Shown: one piece after another, positions 54,972-64,000 of the stretch
Numbering within the stretch: the stretch's first letter is position 1
Layout of the letters: each line of letters starts with the position of its first letter
Source: Eledone cirrhosa
Lineage: Eukaryota
Assembly: GCA_964016885.1 (NCBI GenBank)
Contig: OZ024743.1
Location: 50,778,001 to 50,842,000 of the forward strand
DNA length: 64,000 nucleotides
Reading direction: 5' to 3'
Translations under genes and position numbers: made by a program
Notes under the pieces: model-generated
Told to the model about the DNA's origin: nothing
Database searches by the model: none
Seen by the model: only the letters and a program-made list of their open reading frames with translations

Positions 54972-56223
54972 TGTATGTATGTATGTATGTATGTATGTAT
55001 GTATGTATGTATGTATGTATGTATGTATGTACGTATGTATGTATATACGTATGTATGTATGTTACATGGTCGGGTCGTTGGCGACTAAACTGGCAACCCC
55101 ACCAAGGTTTCTTGGTGAGGAGGCTGACTTTGGACATCCTGCAGGTCTAAAAACAAAACCTGTCAAAGGGCAAAAAACAAAACCTGTCAAAGGGCAAAGG
55201 AGCTCTTAAGAGTCAATGGCCACCCAAAATCACCGGGAGAGATGGCCCCTTAGCCTTTGTCAAAGCAGAATTCTAGGGGAAGGAAAACTCTGATATAACA
55301 CCTGCAACCCTGATGGTATCCAATGATGTTGACTTGTTCTTCTTTTTGGTAAATATCATCTTGGTTAAGAGAGTGGGACTGGCTTTGTGCAGTGCCTTTG
55401 CTCACTATAAAAGCTTCACGGCACAGGCATTGCTTTATATCTGGGGATCTCTCTGCACTTCTCATCACATGGTACCATGGACCCAGCACTATGTGTCAAT
55501 AATTGTCACAAGTGTAGTGTTTGTACCAGAGTTTTCAAGTCGCTGGCTGGACTAAAAAGTCACACTCGTTCAGCGCATCAGTAGGGGTTCTCCTACATGG
55601 ATATAAAGTAGTGGCCGTACTCGAAAACGAGTTGGCAGCCACCATGTATATATGTATGTATATATATATATGTATGTATGTATGTATGTATACATGTATG
55701 TATGTATGTATGTATATATGTATGTATGTATGTATGTATATGTGTATGTATGTATAAATGTATGTATGTATGTATGTATGTATGTATGTATGTATGTATG
55801 TATGTATAAATGTATGTATGTATGTATGTATGTATACATATATGTATACATGTATGTATGTGCTAGCGGCCTCACAGCCTTCGCCCCGGTCTGCACTCTT
55901 CTCAAATCTATTCATGAGGCACCTATTGGAATTTATTATATTGAACATGCACACATTATATATATGTGTGTGTGTAAAAATTAAACAGAAGTAACAAAGC
56001 AAACAGCACAGTACAATGAAGAAACATATTACTTTAACTTTTGAAATAATACGAAAAGTGTCTTAACGTTTCGGACACTGCTCCTCCATGGGAAGATAGA
56101 ATGTAAAATACAAATAGAAGATAAATAATGAGAAGAGGGAGGGACGGGAAAACATGAGGAAAAAACACACATGCGTATTCAGTCAACTATTTTGGGGGGT
56201 AAATAATCAACTGTATATTTATA

Positions 56224-56586
56224 GTAGCACCCATCCACCATCTGAGTGAGTTTCTTGGTCAGTGTCCAAGTCTCAGACCCGTACAGCAGCACAGACTCCA
56301 CTACAGCAACGAAGAGATGGATCTTCAGGTCTTTACGAAGGTCCGACTTCCACGCCGATCTCAAACTGTGGCACACCGCCCAAGCTTTCCTCTTCCTCTC
56401 GACCACATCATCTTCTGTATTCCCAATCTTTGGACACACTGGAAGAGAAAGACTGAGGTTGACATATGTTGATGCCCTAAGGACAGACACTGGTCTGTTG
56501 GAGACGCAGGACATAGCAGCGATGATGAGGGACAGAGACCGCTGGAGAGAACTCGTCCATGGATCTCGGCAATTTTGCCCGCCCTA
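56224..56586. mobile_element. RTE-like LINE fragment with 5' inversion (same family as 17363-17906)
   Basis: 56224-56426 minus (LLYGSETW) joined to 56431-56586 plus (GHTGR...DRDRWR). Confidence 0.82.
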
Positions 56587-57595
56587 CATAGATGTTTATA
56601 GTATTTTCACTTTATAATATTCAAGATCTTTGGTTTAAAACTGTCTGAAACCGTCCATGGGTTTACGTTTATTGATACAAAACTGCTCTTTTTAAAATGT
56701 TCATATCTAAATTAAAATCTTCCATCATAATTTTGTGTAAGAACATTTGTTATATTTCAAACAAACTATATTACTAAACCCTTCCATTTATTGTAATGTC
56801 GACTGTTTCATGAGAAATATGGTAAGGAAAGGGTCCATCGATCCACAATGTACCTCACAGAACCGTATATAATAATACAGGAGAGTTTTATCTTCTATTC
56901 TTTAATTCTGTTATATTCTAACCGAGCCTTTTCTATTCCATTCTGTTGTATTTTTTTCTCTTCCACTTTATTATATTCTATTCTGTTCTATTCTACTCCA
57001 TTCAGTTCTATTCTGCCATATTATGCTCCATTCTGTTCTATTCTTACCTATTATATCTCATTCCGTTTTATTCTGCTCCATATCTATTTATTAATTTCAA
57101 GAACGTCAGTATTCCGTGTGTCATAATTCTCGATTATCATTGGTTCATGGGTTTCAAACGACTCCGCCCACCTCAACGACGCCAAACTGAAATTAATATG
57201 CATAATGCCAATGAGGGAGTGAGGGGGGAGAGTGTGAACGCTATATGTGTCAGTGTAGAGACATGTGTGTGTGTGGAAATAAGAGGTAAAGGAAAGCAAT
57301 ACCTATTAACATGCGTGCATGTGTATGTACGTGCGCGTACGTTTGTGTGTGTGCGTGCGTGTAGCGTGCCACAGAAAGTAAAAACTATCAACATGTGTGA
57401 GTGTGTGCGTGTGTAAGTTTGCGTGCGTGTGTGCGTTTCCATGCGTGTATGTGTGTGTACGTGTGACGTTCCACAATCGCCACGCAGTTTATCTGTCTGT
57501 GTGCCTGTCTGTCACAGTCTAACATACATAGAGTTGTGAAGGGAGTAAATAGGGACCTTTCTTTACATTGACGGGCATCTTTTATATTTATTATT

Positions 57596-60500
57596 GTGTC
57601 ATTTTTTGACAATTGCTCGAAATGCATACTGATAATAAAAGCAATTCGACTTTATCAAACAGTGAACTACAGAGGCGACGGCGTGCAGCCAGCATTGAAG
57701 AAACGGGCCGAACAGCGCCATCGGAACGCCGAACTTCAGAGGCGAAGACGTGCCGCCATGAATGAAGATGTGCTGACTGAACAACGCCAACGAAACACTG
57801 GAGCCAAGCAGCGACGGCGTGCTGCGATGGTTGAAGACGAACTGGCTGAGCATCATTAGCAGATGACCAGAATTCAGCAGCAACGGCGTGCTGCGATGGA
57901 TGAAGAGGGGCTGGCTGAACAGCGCCAGCGCAATACATAAGTTCAGAGAATGTGTCGCCAAAGTGCTCCTCATTCCAGTAAAGAGGCTAGAAGGCGAACG
58001 AATGATATTAAAAATGGATCATGGCAACCGTGTCATTTTCAGATTGGTGGACGAGCAGAGTGTCCACATTGTGGAGCATGCTTTGGAGGCACGAAAAGAC
58101 GTGGACCACAATGTGCTGTCATAAAGGAGCAGTTCAACTAGAACCCTTGCGAATGCCGGATTATGAGGAGTCACCGGAGTTTAAAATACTAAGTATGTGG
58201 GGTGATCAAGGAGACCAAGGTAGATTACTGCGCAAATATTCGCGGCAAATTAACAATTCATTAGCTTTAGCATCGTAGAGAGTTAGTGAGATGTTTGAGA
58301 GTGGAGCATGGCAACCGAATGTAGTCATTCAAGGCCGTTTGTATCATCGTATCGGTAATTGAGAAGTTACCACAGGAGAGAGACCTCGATTCGCTCAAAT
58401 TTACATTAACGATCCAGATTATAGTGAATCGGAGGAGGATATCAGGATCGGTTGGATGAAGTTGCCGGGAAATATAACTGAACTTGAACGGCAAAAGTTA
58501 AGTGATTTGATCCGTGATTAAGGCTGACGCAGTGCCAAGGAATCAACACGAACGGCGATATAATGCCCCTGAAGGATTTCGTGAAGTTGCTGTGTTGATG
58601 GACGATAAGCCTGGATCGAGAGATATCGTCCTCAATCGCAGAGATGGTGGTCTCAAGACTATCATTGAGTCAAATAGGGCATACGATCCATTGCATTATG
58701 TTCTTTTATTCCCAAAAGGTGAAAATGGATGGAACATGGCTGTTAATTTAGATGATCATGAGAATCAGCATCAACAGGGAGGTGGCAATAGACACAATAA
58801 TTCGATTCGCGACTTTTACGCGTTCCATTTGAACGAGAGGAATCAACAGAGAAATGCGCTATTTCAAGCCAGCAGATTGTTCCAGGAATACTGTTGTTTG
58901 GCATTCGCAAAGATCGAAAATCAAAGGCTAAATTATATAGCTACACATCAGCAACATATCAGAGCTGAATTGTATAATAATATACAGGATGCGATAACAG
59001 CCGATGATGCCAATTAAAAGCAAATTGGTCGACGCATCATTTTGCCATCGTCGTTCATCGGCGGCCCGAGATTTATGAACATTCGCTATCAGGATGCAAT
59101 GGCTATTGTCAGAAAATTTGGAAAGCCAGATTTGTTTATAACCGTTACATGGAATCCTGAATGGACTGATATTAAGGATGCACTTTTGCCAGGACAACAG
59201 CCAAAGGACTGTCCTGATATTGTGGCAAGAGTATTCAAAGGATATCTGAAAAAGATAATGGATGATATGGAAAAAGAGGGAATTTTTGGAGGTATAGTTG
59301 CTTTTACATACGTAATTGAATTCCAAAAAAGAGGATTGCCACATGCACATTTGCTGATCATTTTACATAGAGATTACAAATTGAGATGTGCTGAGGATGT
59401 CGACAGCATTGTGTGTGCTGAACTGTCGGAGAATGAGGCACTATGCAACTTGGTGGCAAAGTCAATGGTGCACAACCAATGCGGAGTGGCAAATCGGAAA
59501 GCGCCTTGCATGAAAAATGGCCAATGCAGTAAGCACTTTCCGAAATCTTTTGTCACGAACACTTCATGGAACAATGGGGATGCTCATCCCTCATACAGAA
59601 GACGGTCGCCTGCAGATGGCGGTTTGGTCGAAAATGTAAACGGTCGACAGGTTACAAATCAATGGGTTGTACCATACAATCCATATTTGATTATGAAATA
59701 TCGTTGTCATATTAATGTGGAAATTTGTAGCTCAGTGAAAGCTTGCAAATATCTTTTCAAATATGTTTACAAATGTCATGATCGGGCAATGATCAATGTC
59801 AGGAATGAGGAAGCGAACCAAGGAGATGAAGTTGGCAGGTTCCAGGATGTTCGCTCGATTGGATCTAGCGAAGCTTGCTGGAGATTTTCGATTTTGATCT
59901 CAATGAACGCAAACCCAGCGTTCAGAAACTGACGGTTCACTTAGAGAATAGGCAAATGGTCTGTTTTCAGGACACTAGAAGAGGTGTCGAAAGAATTGCT
60001 AACGCACCACCTCCTAAGACGGAATTGACTGAGTCGTTCAAGCATAATAGGGAACAACCCGGATCAAAGGCAACTCTACTGCGATTTCCCTTCGCGCTAT
60101 ACGTGGGATAAGAAGGGAAAGAAATGGAATGATAGAAAACAAAAGTTGAGATTCATGACTAATGGACGGGTTTGTAATGTCCATCCAGCATCTGGTGATG
60201 TGTTTTATCTCCGAATTCTGTTGCATAATGATTTTTCGAGAGGTAAACAGAGCTTCGCTGATTTAAAAACAATCAATGGCGTGGAATATGAAACATACCA
60301 GGCTGTGTGTCAGCATCTGGGACTCCTTCAAGATGACACTGAATGGAATAACGCCATGGAAGCTGCAGGAACAATACAGATGCCAGCTCAAATAAGGCAG
60401 TTGTTTGTCACGATTCTAGGATTCTGCAATCATGTCGATCCAAGAGAGTTATTTGAACGTCATTGGGGAATTATGGCTGATGATTTTAGGCATCATCTTC

Positions 60501-62115
60501 AGGTCGATGATGAAAATTTGATGAAAGCTATTGTTTTGCTCAATATTGAGCAACTGTTTGAAGTTCATTTCAAATGTTTAACAGATTTCAATTTGCCAAT
60601 TCCTGATGAAGAAATGCGGCAACGTGTCTTAGCATTGAACATGAGATTGCAGCTTAGATGGTTGCCACTCGATCGGAGGGAACTATTCCAGTTTGATCCA
60701 CTGGAACAGGAACGTATTGTGGATGAACGTATGCCAATGTTGACCCAATCTCAGAGAGAATTGGTCGATGGCGTTCTCCACTCGATTTCCACTAATGAGC
60801 AGCTTTGTGCTTTCATAGATGCTCCAGGAGGCACCGGAAAGACATTCTGTTTCAACACTATGTTATCGGCAGTCAGAGCTCAGAGGAAGATTGCTCTCCC
60901 TGTGGCCACCAGTGGGATCACTGCCACTTTGCTGAGTGGTGGAAGGACCTTCTACTCATGCTTCAAGGCTCCATTGACTCCGGATGAGTTGAGTGTCTGT
61001 AACATTACAGGACAAAGTGAACTCGCGGGCCTTATACGCAATACGTCTCTGATTATTTGGGACGAGGCTCCAATGGCACACAGATATTTGCTAGAGGCAT
61101 TGGACAGAACTTTGAGAGATATCTGCGGTAGTGACCTGCCATTCGGTGGTAAGACTATCGTTCTTGGTGGCGATTTCAGACAGGTGCTACCAATTGTTAG
61201 GAATGCTCAAAGAGCGCAAATTGTCGATGCATGTCTGAAAAAGTCCCCGTTGTGGCGCCATTTCAGAGTTTTGCGATTACACGATAATATGCGACTTCGT
61301 ATGTTCGGGCAAAATGAAGAGGCTGAGACATACGGCCGATGGTTGATGCAGTTGGACAACGATGAATTTCCACACGTTGGTGATAATCAGACTGTAATAA
61401 TCCCAGACCATTTGGTGATGCCACTGGACCGCCAAGCATTGATTGACTGGGTGTTCCCTAATTTGAATGCTTTTTGGCAGAATATCTCCTGGATATCGGA
61501 ACGCGTTATTCTAACTCATACGAATGCAACGGTCGATGAAATAAATTCACAAGTAGCCGGAATGTTTCCTGGAGAGAAACGGTTGACCGTCAGTGCGGAT
61601 GAAATGGAGCCTAATCAGCTGAACAATATGGATGTTCCGACTGAGTATCCGAATTCACTTCAAATACCCGGATTTCCCCCACATATTTTGAGGTTGAAAA
61701 AGGGTATGCCGATTATATTGCTTAGAAATATCAATCATAAAATGGATCTTTGCAATGGTACCAGATTAATTGTTGAGATATTGATTAACGGAAGAGTTTT
61801 AGAAGCTAAACTCCCAGGCAGAGAGGAATCGGTTCTCATTCCGAGGATCATGCTGAGACCAAGTGAAGATCTGCTGCCATTCATTTGGCAAAGGAGACAG
61901 TTTCCCGTCAATTTGGCCTTCTCCATGACTGTCAACAAGGCACAGGGACAGACTTTCAAGCGAGTCGGTGTCTACTTGAATGATCCAGCATCAGCCATGG
62001 GCAACTGTATGTTGCTGCATCTCGAGTGTGCGATCCTGATGGTATAAAATTTGCAATTGATACCGCTAACAGAGGAACAACCCTGAATATTGTCTATAAT
62101 GAAGCTTTGAGCTGA
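57596..62115 (+). pseudogene. Helitron RepHel (zinc finger, HUH Rep, Pif1-family helicase) with several stops and frameshifts
   Basis: CPHCGA..CC; GKPDLFITVT, EFQKRGLPHAH, KYLFKY; DAPGGTGKT, IIWDEAPM, GGDFRQVLP, RRQFPVNLAFSMTVNKAQGQT; after a shift HGQLYVAASRV...NIVYNEALS*; start approximate. Confidence 0.93.
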
Positions 62116-62667
62116 TGTATGCATATCATTAATGCTATCAATAAGTGACGTAAATGATTCGGACATTGGTGTACTTTGATCAGTATTGTGAGCTTTGACA
62201 GAGTTATCATTTATGTTCAATGTCATTTATTGTTGATAATGAGCAATAAAAACCAACACGTATTGGTAGAAATTGCCTTCAAATTTATCGCTTCTGATAG
62301 CGGTGGTAATAAAACCTCATCATATGCTGAGTCTGGCAAAAAGTTTGGTGCCTATGGCCGGCCAGGGCTAGAGTAATATTGAAAAACGATTCTATTTTCG
62401 AAGTAGAAGGATCCGCCATTTGGAGTTCAAACCATCCACCTCCCTGAGTTGAACTCTGGGCAATATTGACTGTCTATTACTCAGTGGCTAAGAGCCTGGA
62501 AATTACTGAATACATTTTTGTGTCATATAATTTGTTGTTTTATTATTATAGCTGACCACTTATAGATAAGCATGTTATCCATATCCATATTAATTTGGCA
62601 TTTGTATAAACCATTTCAAGTAAATAGGGACCTTTTTTACATTGACGGACATCTTTTATATTAATTA

Positions 62668-63020
62668 TCTATATCTATATATAATATAAAAGATTGGAAC
62701 TTCCATCATCCTTTTGAGAAACATGGAACAACCACGTCTATGCAATGATACATGTTTTACAGTCAGGCAGAAGATGAACCATCTCCTAGAGGTCACTATT
62801 CTAGGTGGGAGCACCTAGAATTGTTCATATACTATGCACAAACGGTACAACGAAGAATCTGGTATATCTGGAAGATTTATTTTACTGTTTTTGGTATCAC
62901 ACAAACACCACGGACTCGCCTCATACTGTAACCAGACAAACATCCAATACAGTCATTTTCTCTTTTACCAGTCTTCTCTTATCATCTGTTTACCCGGGCG
63001 AAGCTGGGTACGTCAGCTAG
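62668..63020 (+). mobile_element. Short non-autonomous Helitron supplying the 3' terminus
   Basis: Own 5' TCTATATCTATATATAATATAAAA; helicase C-terminal relic VGAPRIVHILCTNGTTKNLVYLEDL. Confidence 0.65.
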
Positions 63021-63740
63021 TTCTATTTAATTCTATTCTATTCCGTCCTATTGTATTCTATTCTGTTCAAATATATTATTTTATCTTCATTCCAATTGCA
63101 TTCTAATCTATTCTATTGCCATAATCAGAATTTCATCAACATATTGCTCGTGTCATAGTGTTTCTTGGAATTTATCGATTTAAATCGATACAAAATTCAA
63201 ATATTGAACAGTTCCGGTTCTTTAGTAGATTCTCTTCACGTGGAGAAAAGTTAGAACCATGAACAACTTATCTCTACTTCGTCTACACTTCATCAATTTA
63301 CTTTATCCTCCATTTTTTCAGGAAGACGATCGGAAATCATGGAGTAAGTGGGGACGAATGAAAGGCACAAAAAGCAAGTCATCTACGAGAACAATGTCAT
63401 TTAAAACTCTCTGCTCCAAACATTCATGTTTCAATTTGGAATTAGATTTTCACAAGACCTTCCGCATCTAGGAAGGAATTTCATAAAACCCTTTGCACCC
63501 CGATGTTTCCATCTGGGAATATTCTTTTACAAAAGCCCCTGCACTAAACCCCAATGTTTCAGTCTGGAGTTAGATTTTCACAAGTTCTGTCTATGAATGA
63601 GTTTCATAAAACCCTTTGCGCTAAACTCCGATGTTTCAATCTGAGAATAGACTAATGCCTGACTATGGGAATCTTCTATATAGAAAATAAGAATAGCAAC
63701 AAAAAATACTTATTTTAACCGTCTTTATGATGGCAGTGTG

Positions 63741-64000
63741 AAAGCACGTGGCTTTATAGTTAGGGTGTTTGACTCACCATTACAGTGTGTTGTGTCCTTG
63801 AGCACTTTATTTCCCGTTGCTCTGGTCCACTCAGCTGGCGAAAGTTGTACCTCTAATTTAAAGAGTCAGTCACACACTGGGCCATGCTGAATTTCCTTGA
63901 GAACTACACTAATGGTAGATGTGTCTATGGAATACTGAGCTACTTGCATGTTAATTCCATGAGCAGATTGTTCGGTTTATGAAACAACTGGAACAACTCG
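63741..64000 (+). mobile_element. SINE family B, degenerate (3' part also at about 22150-22260)
   Basis: GCACGTGGCTT head, GTGTCCTTGAGCACTT, CAACTGGAACA tail. Confidence 0.65.

Larger units (their letters stand above)
57083..63020 (+). mobile_element. Helitron (composite), inserted between A and T in a degenerate (TTCTA)n tract
   Basis: 5' TC at 57083; 3' hairpin TACCCGG gcgaag CTGGGTA plus CTAG at 63017-63020; same simple repeat on both flanks. Confidence 0.85.

Noticed and set aside
56058-56095. Hammerhead on the minus strand (GGA gcagtg TCC GAAACGTTA)
   Set aside because: CUGANGA core absent; at best a decayed relic
63426-63645. Two diverged direct repeats of about 125 bp
   Set aside because: Ordinary local duplication with no further signal

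Overview
Eukaryotic, AT-rich, repeat-saturated DNA with no recognisable host gene; most ORF-track entries are microsatellite or antisense artefacts. The SINE families and (TA)n/(TATG)n density suggest a cephalopod such as Octopus (inference from memory). Contents: a 5.1-kb 37-bp satellite; two nearly intact Penelope-like retroelements (RT plus C-terminal GIY-YIG, Naiad-type), each with one in-frame stop; R4/Dong-, CRE-, RTE- and CR1-like non-LTR fragments; a degenerate Rep/Pif1 Helitron and two non-autonomous Helitrons; hAT and mariner MITEs; two tRNA-type SINE families. Two signals stand out. First, about 10 minimal type I hammerhead ribozyme motifs, many with a palindromic stem III and one with a covariant U3-A8 core, sit in the Penelope pLTRs and in short non-coding elements anchored in (TA)n. 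Second, such elements repeatedly occur as head-to-head fold-backs with their 3' ends pointing outward into (TA)n. A parallel nest of R4 elements and a non-coding retroposon occupies (TATG)n arrays. All motifs and coordinates were read by eye.
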